From: Octopus vulgaris
Taxonomy: Eukaryota
DNA length: 64,000 bases
Direction: 5' to 3'
Assembly: GCA_951406725.2 (NCBI GenBank)
Contig: OX597818.1
Span: 1,488,001-1,552,000 of the forward strand
Every line of letters starts with the position of its first letter. Positions within the stretch are counted from its first letter, which is position 1. Made by a program: the position numbers and the translations under genes. The notes under the pieces are model-generated. The model had not been told where the DNA came from. It ran no database searches and saw only the letters and a program-made list of their open reading frames with translations. Below, piece by piece: positions 1 to 17,357 of the stretch.

Positions 1-23
1 TAATAATAATAATAATAATAATA

Positions 24-208
24 AACACCAGGACTTACAAACACATATAACATACAGAAAATTGCACTACTAGGCACTGCACACATCCTACGCAGAACAC
101 TTTCCATACAATAACCATCAGAGCATCACAACAAATCTCAGCACATACCCAAGGCACACAGAGCTGCGCTCGGTAGTGAAGTGAAAGCACGCTATAAAAA
201 TAAAACTA

Positions 209-211
<3 letters not shown>
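24..211 (+). mobile_element. Dong/R4 family A retrotransposon, 3'-terminal fragment
   Basis: Encodes TPGLTNTYNIQKIALLGTAHILRRTLSIQ* plus the family A 3'UTR ending AAAACTACTG; (TAA)n on both sides; near-identical to the end of 31770-35808. Confidence 0.9.
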
Positions 212-241
<30 letters not shown>

Positions 242-242
<1 letters not shown>

Positions 243-1622
243 CAACATGTGTTAGCACGCTTGCCACATTACGGTTCAAATCAACATCAGACCGTCTCCG
301 ACCCCGACCACTATACACAAAAACATGAAAAACAAATTAAATAATACCCGCATTATTCCACCTAAGGATAACAAACAGGAAATACGTACGTACACAAAAG
401 TACGAAAAAACAACACGTGCAAAACCATTTAATACCAGAAATGAACGGACCAGAACCGTACGAAAATGATATCCATTAGAATAAAGGGCCGGGCGTTATT
501 CTGCACGTCCCGTAAATAAAATAAAAAAAACATAAATGGACACGGAATATATTTCAATTCCAGTGCTCCGATAATTATTATTCCACAGAACGAAAACACA
601 ACACATGCATATAAAATCGGGAAGAGAAATAAACTATTAATAAAAATTTGGATATAGCAATGAATCCTAATAAATTAGCTAACATACTGAGATATACTCT
701 CAAAACGTAACTCCCTCCCCCAGAAATAGAAATAGAGTACTTAAGACTGAAATCCAAACTAAAATTGGAACAGCAACGTATCATGATAAAACGATGGCAA
801 GTAAACCCGTTACATGGCAAATGTTGGGTTAAGCTAAACAGAAAAGAAATAGACAAGACAAAACAAAATCCCAACAATGGCTCACGACTCAAAGCAGAGA
901 CTTGAGGATTTTTAATTGCAGCACAAGACTTCCCAACAGAAATCACCAAAAACGCATCATTAAAAGAAATACAATTAACTGCAGAATATATGGAGATGGA
1001 GAACAAAAAATAAATCATATTGTCTCTGGCTACCAAGTTCCGGCTACGGAGGAATATATTCACAGACACGACAGAGTTGGGACATATATATACTGGAAAC
1101 TATGCCAACACGAAGGAATAATAACAGGAAAAAGATAGTATAGGCACAACCCAGAAAAAGTCACAGAAAATACTTTGGGATATGCCAATACACAGACAAA
1201 GAACTCGATGTTAATAGGCCGGATATGATTGTCAGAGATATCCAAGAAAAATGCTTTTTAATAGTTGTATCAATACCAACAGATGACAGTGTTTCTCTAA
1301 AAGAAACGGAGACGCTTCCAAAATACAAAGATCTATAACTAGAGGTAACTCGAATATGGAACCTAAAAACAAAAACAATTCCTCTTATAGTAGACGCGTT
1401 AGGTATAAAAAACATTCAGACAAATACAAAACAAAAACATGGGGACTTACAAAGTATATATAACATACAGAAAATAGCAGTACTAGTCACTAGAAACATC
1501 CTACGTAAAACACTTTCAATAAAGCGAAAAGAAGAGCACCACAGCAAACAACAGCACATACCCAATGTACAGAGCTGTGCTCGGTAGTGCAGTGAAAGCA
1601 CGTGATAAAAATAAGACTACTG
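242..1622 (+). mobile_element. Degenerate, internally deleted Dong family A-like element
   Basis: 242-~745 aligns by eye with the N-terminal region of the full copy (rc ~35580-35050). It joins directly to the C-terminal CCHC/RHD/PD-(D/E)xK region (NCRIYGDGEQKINHIVSG...RHDRVG) and the 3'UTR. The RT domain is absent. Confidence 0.8.
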
Positions 1623-4063
<2,441 letters not shown>

Positions 4064-4121
4064 AATAATAATAACAACAACAATAATAATAATGATGATG
4101 ATAATAATAATAATAATAATG

Positions 4122-4197
<76 letters not shown>

Positions 4198-4219
4198 GAA
4201 GAAGAAGAAGAAGAAGAAG

Positions 4220-4610
4220 CGGCGCTATGAGCAATGCTTACATGTAGTGAACCCTAAACTGACAGATCCATCTCCTAATATAAGAATGGAAGCTCGTCAT
4301 GCTTCAAGGCCAACAAATCAAACAATAAACCGCATTGGTTGTTGCGCGGATTACAAAAGACCACGTACCCGAAAATTGAACCAAATTCTGATTGAAAAAT
4401 CAGCTACTGGATCAAATCTTCCCAACACACAGGAGCTGGACGTACCCCACAACCGGAATATTCCAACAGATGGCCATCCATGCTCATCACCTAATAATCA
4501 AAAGAAAAAGAAGGAAAAATGGTCTAGGGAAGATAATAAAGAAGTTCTTGAGGCCTTCTACCATGCCATATATTTCCCCACAGATAAATCTAGCACTGCA
4601 CAAGCATACT
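4220..4610 (+). mobile_element. 5'/N-terminal segment of a Dong-type element
   Basis: KWSREDNKEVLEAFYHAIYFP matches the N-terminal K[W]TREEYNSILHAYF motif of the full family A copy; starts right after a (TAA)/(GAA) tract. Confidence 0.65.
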
Positions 4611-6748
<2,138 letters not shown>

Positions 6749-6795
6749 TCGAAAAATGCTTTTGGAATGAGAACGCAGATTTGAAATTTCCCCAA

Positions 6796-6841
6796 GACAC
6801 CTGATGAAGGCCGAATTGTATATCAGCCGAAACGTTATGTT
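6796..6841 (+). ncRNA. Minimal type I hammerhead ribozyme motif (Penelope/retrozyme type)
   Basis: GACAC-CTGATGA-A-GGCcGA...TCaGCC-GAA-ACGT-T-ATGTT: intact core, helix II, palindromic ACGT helix III, helix I with one mismatch. Confidence 0.7.
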
Positions 6842-6894
6842 ATCAACAAACAAGATGAGGACAAATATCCGTCGAATGTAAGTAATTTAAATGA

Positions 6895-7262
6895 AGTAGA
6901 ACCACAGTTTTCAGTCCGATATCAGCACTGAAAGTACACACCGTATCAACAAGGGAATGGTCTTTACTATAACGTTTCAGGTTATCCATGAATAACAAGA
7001 GGTTGACTTTTTGTTTGCGGCTTTTGAATACATACCCAGCCTTTGCTTTCTTCAGAATTAGTGTTAGTGATATCATGCTCATTAGAAAGATCAGTGGAGA
7101 CAAGCAGTCCCCTTGGAAGATGCCAGTTCTGATTTCTATTATCCCTAAACTCCTTCCATATGCTGTCAGTTCTGTCCTCCTCTTCGCCATACTTTTATAA
7201 GCAATATCTCAACATTCGATGCAATACCAAATAGGGTCATGCATTCATACAATCATACATTG
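6895..7262 (-). mobile_element. RT fragment of another Dong-like family (D)
   Basis: RTGIFQGDCLSPLIFLMSMISL...KVNLLLFMDNLKRYSK; begins at a TAA tract. Confidence 0.75.
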
Positions 7263-7270
7263 TTATTATT

Positions 7271-7323
<53 letters not shown>

Positions 7324-7517
7324 CATTCTATGTTTGACTTTTGCTTTATGTCTGTACAAGTTGGTTCCAAGTCTCACCCAGAGACCTCAAGAGACAACAG
7401 GTTGGAAGTTCTGTGCCATATATTTGGGTTTTTTCTTAGTGATATCATGCTCATTAGAAAGATCAGTGGAGACAAGCAGTCCCCTTGGAAGATGCCAGTT
7501 CTGATTTCTATTATTAA

Positions 7518-9756
7518 AGTTGGTTCCAAGTCTCACCCAGAGACCTCAAGAGACAACAGGTTGGAGGTTCTGTGCCATATATTTGGGTTTTTTTTTTTGG
7601 TGTTGTACTAGTGAATGTCTAATACATAAAAATATAAAATAAATAAAAAAATAAATAAAAATAACTTAAAAAAAAAAGTTTGTTTTAAACCTTGGGATTA
7701 CATAGAGAGTATTTTGCGTAGGATATGAGCAGTTCCCATGAGCACTATCTTTTGAATTTCTGCCATTTTGGGGTTTCCTGGTATCTGAGTTAGGTAGCAA
7801 TCAGTCCCTTTCGCTATCATTCCCAGGGCACCTATGACAACAGGTATTGTTTTAGTCTTCAGCTTCCACATTTTGCTGATTTCTATTTCAAGATCTTTAT
7901 ATTTGCTCAGTTTTTGGTAGGTCTTGACAAATACGTTTATATCGATTGGGACAGTCATATCAATGAGGAGGCATGTTCTTTGTCTGAAGTCTTTCAATAT
8001 AATGTCTGGCCTATTTGCATCTATCTTCCTGTCAGTTTGAATGGTGAAGTTCCAGAGGAGTGAGATGTGGTCATTTTCAAGCACAGGAGGTGGATTGTGT
8101 TCCCACCAGTTTTTTTCATGGGGCAAATCCAGGTTTTTGCAGATTACCCAGTGAATATATTGTGCAGCTCTATCATGCCTACTGAGGTACTCTGTAGGCG
8201 CTAGAAGACTGCATTTGGAGACAACATGGTCAATGGTTTCATTTTTGTTGTCGGCATACACGACATGTTGGGCTACTGCCGTTCTTTAATATGTTGGCCT
8301 GGTAGTTTCTTGTTGGTAGGCATTGATCTTGAGCTGCTATGATAAACCCCTCTGTTTCAGATTTTAAGCCAGAGGCCATTAGCCATTGATGGGTCAGGGC
8401 TTTGTCGATATCTGCATTATTCGCTCTCTTTGGATATTTGCCATAGAGAGGTTTTTCTTGCCATTTATTATTCAGAATATCTAAGGCCGCAGTTTTGGCA
8501 CGGGTTTTCATGGGCCTAGCTTTTTCTGTGCTTGTTTCTTGTATATCTATCTCTAATTCCGAAATTGGTTGTATTCGGAATTCACTTTGATATTCCTTTG
8601 CCTGTTTTGTGACTGAGTATGATGCTTTCTTGTTTTCATGTTTTGAGACAAGTTTTAACATCCAGTCCTCAGAGTTTTTTCAGGTAGGTGTCTAGGCCAA
8701 TTGTAGCAATCTTCATTGTTATTGCCAGTTGCAAAAGACCACAGCCTCCCTCTTTTCTTGGCAGATAGAGTCGTTCTGTATCTGCCTTAGGGTGGTGCAT
8801 TCTATGCATTGTCAACAGCTTCCTTATTTTTCTGTCGAGCTGACATATTTCAGTAATTGACCAGTTAACAATATTGAAACTGTAAGTCACGACTGGTATG
8901 GCTAATGCATTGATCGCTTCGATCCTGTTTCTTGCATTCAGCTCTGTCTTGAGTATTGCTCTCACTCTTCGATAGCATTCTCTCCTGATCCTTTCCTTCA
9001 TCTCTGAATGCCTTATTCCGTTCCCTTCAATTACCCCTAGGTACTTGTAGCTCTCCGCTGGGTCTAGTTCTTTTATGACATTCTGCTGGTCAAGGTTAAC
9101 GTTAGATGTTTCTGTCATTTTTCCTTTGATAAAGGTAGCCTTTGCACATTTATCGAGGCCGAATTGCATTCTGATGTCGTCACTGAATTGTTTGACTATC
9201 GCTAGTAAGCCCTTGAGTTGTTGGTCATTTTTTGCAAAAAGCTTTAAATCATCCATGTAAATGAGATGATTTATATTTTTATCAAATATTTTATACCCGT
9301 ACTGCGCGTCATTGAGCAGCTTTGAGAGAGGTATTAAGGATAAACAAAAGAGGAATGGTGACAGTGAGTCACCCTGGAAAATGCCACACGAAATTTTTAC
9401 ATCACCAGCATTTAGGGATTCATTGTCACTGTTCAGAGTTAGTGTGGTTCTCCATGATCTCATACTTACAGTCAGGAGGTTTCGCAGAGCAGGTGCTATC
9501 TTATACATTTCCAGGCATTTCCTAATCCAGCTATGTGGTAGGCTATCAAAAGCCTTTTTATAGTCTATCCAGGCTATTGATAAGTTTTTGTGTCGTTTGT
9601 GACAATCTTCTAAGGTCATCTTATTGATGAGTAGTTGGTCATTACAGCCGTAGGATCCACGTTTACATCATTTCTGTTCATTAGGGAATATGCTGCTGTC
9701 TGTTAAAAAACTATAGGTATATTCCGTCAGGACAGATGTTAGTGTTTTGTACATAG

Positions 9757-9758
<2 letters not shown>
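7518..9758 (-). mobile_element. Dong family B, 5'-truncated RT-RLE element
   Basis: ORFs 8669-9619 (IDYKKAFDS, GIFQGDSLSP, YMDDLK), 8239-8661 and 7698-8261 (RHD, RPDII...IDMTVP...KLSKY, ILRKILSM*); (TAA)n at 9759-9826. Confidence 0.95.
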
Positions 9759-9826
<68 letters not shown>

Positions 9827-10034
9827 GGGCGACGGTGGCTGCAATGAACACTACAATGAATTTAATATACTAGTCTCCGTAGCGTGTGATATATATTATC
9901 CCATGATTGAATGATCGACCTTATCGCTATTAGTAAATATGTATGTATGTATGTATGTATCTATGTTTGTATGTATGTATATATATATATATATATATAC
10001 ATATATATAAGTATGTATGTATGCATGTATTTAT

Positions 10035-10110
<76 letters not shown>

Positions 10111-10225
10111 CTTTTTAGTGTACCTGAATACCACTTGCTAGAAAGACGAGTTAATATTGCAAAACCACAAATTTCTCGCTATTAGTGAACACGCTCGGTG
10201 AATGCAACGTATTATATTCTGGTGC

Positions 10226-10280
<55 letters not shown>

Positions 10281-10442
10281 TCATACATAGATACATACAT
10301 GCATACATACATACATACATACATACATACATACATACACACATACACACATACAGATATATTATTTATTTGTATATTTTTACCTATATAGATTAAACTT
10401 GCTAGATATTAATCATTATTATTAATAATAGTAATGATACTT

Positions 10443-10500
<58 letters not shown>

Positions 10501-10502
<2 letters not shown>

Positions 10503-10653
10503 TAAATATAAGAGAGTGGCTCACTCTAGCACTAGTAAATCCAAAAGGTTTCAACCACAAAAATACATGTTTCCCATGAAAGTCGTGGTTGAAACCTTTT
10601 GGATTTACTAGTGCCAGAGTGAGCCATATAGTGACCACTCTCTTATATTTATT
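10501..10653. repeat. Hairpin inverted repeat with 42-bp arms plus outer 19-bp arms
   Basis: 10517-10558 is the reverse complement of 10585-10626 with 1 mismatch and a 26-bp spacer; 10501-10519 pairs with 10635-10653. Confidence 0.9.
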
Positions 10654-11998
10654 TTTGTATAAAATATTATAATATATTACAAAATATTATAATAATCCAG
10701 GTTTCTCGGGGCACTGGGCCACTTGGTGTTGAATAGATATACTATTAAATTAGTATCTAATTCTCTCACCCTTATTAATTAATTATATGTATATATATAT
10801 ATTCTTTTATTCTTTTATTTGTTTCAATCATTTGACTGCGGCCATGCTAGAGCACCACCTTAAAAGTATTATATATATATATATATATATGTGGAGAGGG
10901 AGAGAGAGAGAGAGGGAAAGAGAGAAAGAGAGATCTTAACGATAACGTCATGTGACTTGTATTTGTAGTGTAGAGGTGAATGGAAATATAGTTGACAAGA
11001 CATTAAGTTATAGACATTGGTTGGTCTACATCCCGTTCAATACAAATCTTTTTGGGGAGTTTTGGGTGGAATTGTGTAAGTTAAGTTAGAATTCACAATT
11101 AATTAAAACAAATTATTTGTAGAAAACACAATTCATCGGAAAAACTTAACCTCAAAAATATATTTTAAGTTAAAGAAAAGAAAGCGAGCACCTGATTCAT
11201 CCAATTAAAAATGACACAGAGCAAAGAATTCCACTTTTGCGGGAGATGTGAAGGGAAGCACTTCAATAAACCTTCTATGTACACAAATCTAAAGTACTTA
11301 ACAGTAACATAAGAAATTCCACGATCACGAAGAATTCTCGATTCTACATAAGCACGATTCTGTTGCTTATTTTACAACTGGTTCGACCAGCTCAAGTTCT
11401 AGCAGTTCTCGAGAAAGAGCATTTATATAGCATTTATAGTTCTGGCATTTGAATGTACAGTAATACCTACAATTATGAACGTACATATGTGCCTGAGTAT
11501 AGAATGTATGGATGCATATGTGTGTAAACATATTTATGTGTGTAAACATGCATTCAGACATACATATACACACTCAACTTGAATGTTCCGCCGAATCAAG
11601 GATGGGAAGACTGAGAGTGTCGTTTGTCTTTGCGTCTCCTCTTGACTACATGGGTAACTGTAATAGATAGCGACAGCTTAGTGCATGATTCCAACTCAAA
11701 CTTGCATGCGAGTGACGAATACAATTCCTTGGCTATACATTCATATACTACATGTAAACACGCATACTTACGTACATACATACCGGAATACATACATGCA
11801 CATGTGCACACATACACATACATACACACTCACATGTATATTTCACATATATTTTAGTGAATGGAGCCGGTGCGCAATGATGCCCTCCGGAGGTAGGCCC
11901 CGAAACGGCGCGCATTCTCTCCTGATAACTCTATAAACTTGCTAACATTTGATATATGGATCTTTCAACTGGTAGAACTTGTGTCTGTAAGTTGCTTG

Positions 11999-12069
<71 letters not shown>

Positions 12070-12134
12070 TATATTCTTTTACTTGTTTCAGTCATGGTAC
12101 TTATTCTATCGGTCTCCTGTCAAGAATGTGTGTG

Positions 12135-12698
12135 TGTATAATATAAATTGGACATGGACGATCGTTGTATTATTTCGTGTCTTGAAATTCACAGCCAAAC
12201 GGCTGGGTGGATTCGCATGAAAAATGGCACACATGTGGAGACGGGTGCAAAAATTGGAATGCGATTTGTAGTTTTTTCATAGCTCCCATACTTACCGAGA
12301 AAATTGATTAAAACTTTTCTAACGGAATTTCCGTTTATTCCGCCATTAAAACAACCAGTTGCTCACACAGCCGGCATATACCATATCGCTAGCAACAAGG
12401 GGAGTACAGGATGACAGTCAACCAAAACTTTCGCTATGCTGTCCCTCTTCTTTCACTTCTTTGTGAGGTTAATAATCTTAATCTTTAGCTACAGTTTCTC
12501 ATTCAAATTACATAATAGGCAGAATTGTCGGATTAAAATAGTAGGTGTTTTGGGGGAAATTTGGCTGCTATTTCTACCAGGTCTAGCTACCATTTAGAGG
12601 TCTGAACTTAAGTTTCATTCACATATTTGCATTTCAAAAATTTAATATAATCTTTTCTATAAATCAACTAGCGTAGAAATTTTACACGATGAGCACGC

Positions 12699-12748
<50 letters not shown>

Positions 12749-13119
12749 CATTTCATATATTTTCTTTTAATTTCTGCTCTGCTAATATTTACGGATACAA
12801 CTGCTTACGAAAATAGGGATTAATGTATTATTTCTTTCTATGTTCATAATTAAATCGATGTTTTAATGGTTAGACAGAGGTCCAATACAATAGCTTCGAG
12901 AAACTGACTACGTACAAATTCATTCTTCACAACTCCCGAAGCTGTTTTCTGCTAAGGAGGTGGGGGAGTCAGGAAATTTTCATAAAGCTGGAGGCTTCAA
13001 TCGAAACAGGGGACCCGAAATGATAAGGTTGAGAAATGCTGTTGTAGATTATGCCTAACCGAAAACGATCACAGCCACATAATTCAAGCAGACCAGTTGA
13101 AACCGGGCTTAGCTGCTAG
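12135..13119 (+). mobile_element. Possible non-autonomous Helitron remnant
   Basis: Contains CACAGCCAAACGGCTGGGTGGATT...ATGAAAAATGGCAC, typical of Helitron/HINE non-autonomous bodies; ends in a short hairpin plus CTAG-T. Boundaries are uncertain. Confidence 0.35.
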
Positions 13120-13125
13120 TATATA

Positions 13126-13190
<65 letters not shown>

Positions 13191-13192
<2 letters not shown>

Positions 13193-13458
13193 CCTACTGT
13201 CGGAGAGCATAAGCTCGAAACGTAAAGGACTTTTCCATTTTTACCGAGCATCAAACTAATACACTTTCTTGTACTTACACGTCTTTTCGTCCTTATTTTT
13301 TTATAAAATTGAACTACATATATATATATAGTTCAAGTTTATAAAAAGACAAAGACGAAAAGAGGTGTAAGGACAACAAGAAAGTGTATTAGTTTGACGC
13401 TCGGAAAAAATGGAAAAGTCCTTTACGTTTCGAGCTTACGCTTTCCGACAGAAAGGAA
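13191..13458. repeat. Inverted pseudo-LTR pair of a Penelope-like element, each with a hammerhead-like motif
   Basis: 13191-13316 is approximately the reverse complement of 13329-13458, around a (TA)n centre. Each carries CTGTCGGA-(G/A)AGC-RTAA-GCTC-GAAACGTA-AAGG. Confidence 0.75.
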
Positions 13459-15270
13459 TAAGCGAAAATATATAGAGAAAGATTGAAAAAACGTGTTGAG
13501 CTCAGTGGTACAACATGGCCTGTGATTGCAAAAAATGTGGTTGAATGAAAGGAAGATAATAATAAAGAGAGGTTGAATGAAGGGGAGATTATTCATGGTG
13601 GTCCCAACAAGAGGAGGTGTACAAGCGTGTGTATGTATGTGAGAATGGTGCGTGTGAGTGTGTAAGCGTGTATGTGTAAATGCGGGCGAGTGAGTTTGGC
13701 GTGTGTGTTTGTGTCACTGTGCTAAATAGTGTGCATGTGTATAGTGTATGTGGGCAAAAGTTATTTTTGTCTATGTGTGTTGCGTGTGTTTATGCGTGTT
13801 GCGTACGTGTATATATGTATATGTTGTTTGTGTTCAGATATTATGTGCTTTTGTGAGTGTAGGAGCGTGTATGACGGCGTTAATAGAGGTGCAGGTAAAG
13901 AAGTCGGTGATGGGTGCCTGTGAGAATGGTGATGTTGGAGAGGTGGGGTAGGTGCGACAGCGGGAGCGGGAGCAGGGAAAGGAGACAGGCTAGGAGGCGG
14001 AGATAGGGAAAAAACTGTGGACCAAGAAGTCACGCAGGTTATGAGCTTGTTTGAAGGAGGGAAATGGTAGGTCAGGGAAGATGTGCGAGATGAAGGGGTC
14101 GGACTGGAGTCGCTGCATGGCTCAGAGAATGGTGTGTTGGGTGGATAGGTTGGAGGAGTGGTAGGTGAGGGGAAGCTAAAGACGGGTAAGTGTAAGGTGG
14201 GTACGAGGAGAAATATAGCAGAAGCACGATCCATAGCTCGTGCCCTGGCAAGGGCAGTGTGGATAATGGTGAGGGGATATCAACGTAGGATGAAGTGGTG
14301 AGCAATAAGTTGAGACTGAGTCTCAAAGTTATGGTCGTCACGGGAGAGCCTGCGTAGACGGAGGAACTGGGAATTGAGGATGGAGAGCTTAGTGTGGGTA
14401 GGGTGGGAGGAAGAGAAGTTAAGGCAGGAGCGTGAGCCAGTGTGTTTGCCTTGGATGGAGCGGAGTAGTGGATGCTGACAGAAATGTCGTGAAATTCGAC
14501 AGAAGAGGTAGAGACAGTGCAGGAGAATTCGAGAACAGGATGGAAAGATTGGACAGAGGGGGAGAAGGAGTCCAGTTGTTTGCGGGGGAGTGATGTCACG
14601 CCGATACAGTCATCGATATAACGACTGTATAGCTCGTGAGTGGGACGAATTGTGAGAATACTTGGGCCTCAACGTTGCCAACGAACAGGTTGGCACAGTT
14701 GGAGCCTATCCTCCTTCCCGCGACCACTCCCGAGATTTGTTGGTAAAAACTTGCCCGTGAACGTGAAGCAATTGAGGGAGAGGACAAGTTTGGCCAGACG
14801 AAATAAGTGTGGAGGTGTCAGGTTGATGGTCAGTCGAAGCTCTAGCAAGTGCTTAAGCGCAAGAAGTCCACTGTATATAAACTGTTGATATGAAGAGAGT
14901 GAACAGAAGTTGAGAGGGGTCAGAAAGGAAGGAGAAAGCATAGTTGGTGTCGTGAATGTAGGGGGAGCCACTAGCGGGGAAAGGACATGATCGAGGTATT
15001 TGGAAATCATTTCCGTGGAGCAGTTGCAGGCGGAGACGACAGGGTGGTCAGAGTTGTAGGGCTTATGGATATGGGAAAGGAAGTAAATAGTGGGTATGCG
15101 TGGAGTACAGACAATGAGGTTGCAGGCGGTGGGAGGGAGACGAGAGGATGAAATGAGGTCATGAATAGTAGAGGACACTCTGTTGGTAATTAGACTTGGG
15201 GTTGGAAGGCAGAGGGCAATAGAAGGAGATGTCTTGAAGTCGGCAGAGAGCTTTAGCCTTGTAAATGTCC
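13329..15270 (-). mobile_element. Penelope-like element (Neptune-type), degenerate RT with truncated endonuclease
   Basis: [15 protein letters not shown]...[81 protein letters not shown]; many frameshifts. Confidence 0.88.
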
Positions 15271-15323
15271 GCGCGCCACACCAACTACAGTTCCACTCTA
15301 TTAGGGCATATTTCTTCTTTATG

Positions 15324-15370
<47 letters not shown>

Positions 15371-15416
15371 ATATATATAGACATATATATATATATGTAT
15401 ATAAAGCATATATATC

Positions 15417-15452
<36 letters not shown>

Positions 15453-15460
15453 TATATATC

Positions 15461-15526
<66 letters not shown>

Positions 15527-15530
<4 letters not shown>

Positions 15531-16884
15531 CAAATAAGGGCTAAATGCAACAAGTTGCTCAAAACCACATACCGAAAATATTAGAAATAGCAGCAAAATT
15601 GGTCACCACTTCCTCTACTAGTAAAAAGTCTCCACAAACAAACAGAACCTGTAAGCCGTATATGGCAAAAAAGGCAGAAAATAACGAAATCCCAGCCTAT
15701 GGATTAATTATAGACGACTCGTTTCTGGATTAGAACCGAAGGTTCATTTCCTTGTCAATATAATATTTCCTATAGATCTAGAAATGCCAGGGGAAAAACT
15801 CACCCGTAGAAATAGCAGCCAAAATTGGTCACCACTTCCTCTACTAGTGAAAGTCTCCACAAACAAACAGAACCTGTAAGCCGTATATGGCAAAAAAGGC
15901 AGAAAATAACGAAATCCCAGCCTATGGATTAATTATAGACGACTCGTTTCTGGATTAGAACCGAAGGTTCATTTCCTTGTCAATATATTTCCTATAGATC
16001 TAGAAATGCCAGGGGAAAAACTCACCCGTTACACCAATACGATCAGCGACATCGGACGGTCTAACAGAACTGCCAGCACTCCCACACCTATACCGACATG
16101 CGAATTCATATTTCTCTCCAAAATTTACCACGTGACCAAGAGGAAGTGGTGAACAATTTTGGCTGCTATTTCTAATATTTTCGGTATGTGGTTTTGAGCA
16201 ACTTGTTGCATTTAGCCCTTATTTGTAATTATTATAACCCTTGCCGGATATGGTCTTTTCCATACCGATAAATCTACTAGGTGAAATTGATTGATTTTAT
16301 TAAATTAATTATATTCCACCCTTTATTGCATATTGAATACTTTTGCTCCCTTACAAGTTATCTACGAATTTTTCTTTTCGTTGGTAACGTTTTTGTAGCT
16401 CACGTGGTAAATTTTGGAGGGAAATATGAATTCGCATGTCGGTATAGGTGTGGGAGTGCTGGCAGTTCTGTTAGACCGTCCGATGTCGCTGATCGTATTG
16501 GTGTAACGGGTGAGTTTTTCCCCGGGCATTTCTAGATCTATAGGAAATATTATATTGACAAGGAAATGAACCTTCGGTTCTAATCCAGAAACGAGTCGTC
16601 TATAATTAATCCATAGGCTGGGATTTCGTTATTTTCTGCCTTTTTTGCCATATACGGCTTACAGGTTCTGTTTGTTTGTGGAGACTTTTCACTAGTAGAG
16701 GAAGTGGTGACCAATTTTGGCTGCTATTTCTAATATTTTCGGTATGTGGTTTTGAGCAACTTGTTGCATTTAGCCCTTATTTGTAATTATTATAACCCTT
16801 GCCGGATATGGTCTTTTCCATACAGATAAATCTACTAGGTGAAATTGATTGATTTTATTAAATTAATTATATTCCACCCTTTAT

Positions 16885-16890
<6 letters not shown>
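15527..16890. repeat. Inverted plus tandem repeat complex of a ~560-bp unit between (TA)n tracts
   Basis: 16140-16330 repeats at 16699-16890. 15527-16135 is the reverse complement of 16401-16790 and carries an internal ~220-bp tandem duplication (15587-15806 / 15809-16028). Confidence 0.9.
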
Positions 16891-16924
<34 letters not shown>

Positions 16925-16925
<1 letters not shown>

Positions 16926-17045
16926 GCAGGTCTGCTAGAGGGTATAGTAGAAGACACTTACCTAAGGTGTCATACAGTAGGACTGAACCCAGAATCCATG
17001 TGGTTGGAAAGCAAGCTTCTTACCACACTGCTACGCCTGCGGCTG
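16925..17045 (-). mobile_element. CORE-type SINE head fragment
   Basis: Similar to 43510-43616. Confidence 0.65.
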
Positions 17046-17278
17046 TATATAAAGAAAGATAACAAATGTTATCCATTTGTGTTCACTATAGCTGTTTCAG
17101 ACGTGTTTTTTTCGTTGATGGATAATTTGATTACGTCATGAAAAATACAAAGATGTGGAATGTACATTGACCGTCTCATTTGATTCAAATGAATCCCACA
17201 AATAATTAATTACACACACACACACAAGAGGCTCTCTAAACTTAATACGTCTCGCGACTTGAATTTTACGCTAGAGGG

Positions 17279-17309
<31 letters not shown>

Positions 17310-17357
17310 TGTATGTATGTATGTATGTATGTATGTATGTATGTATGTATGTATGTA

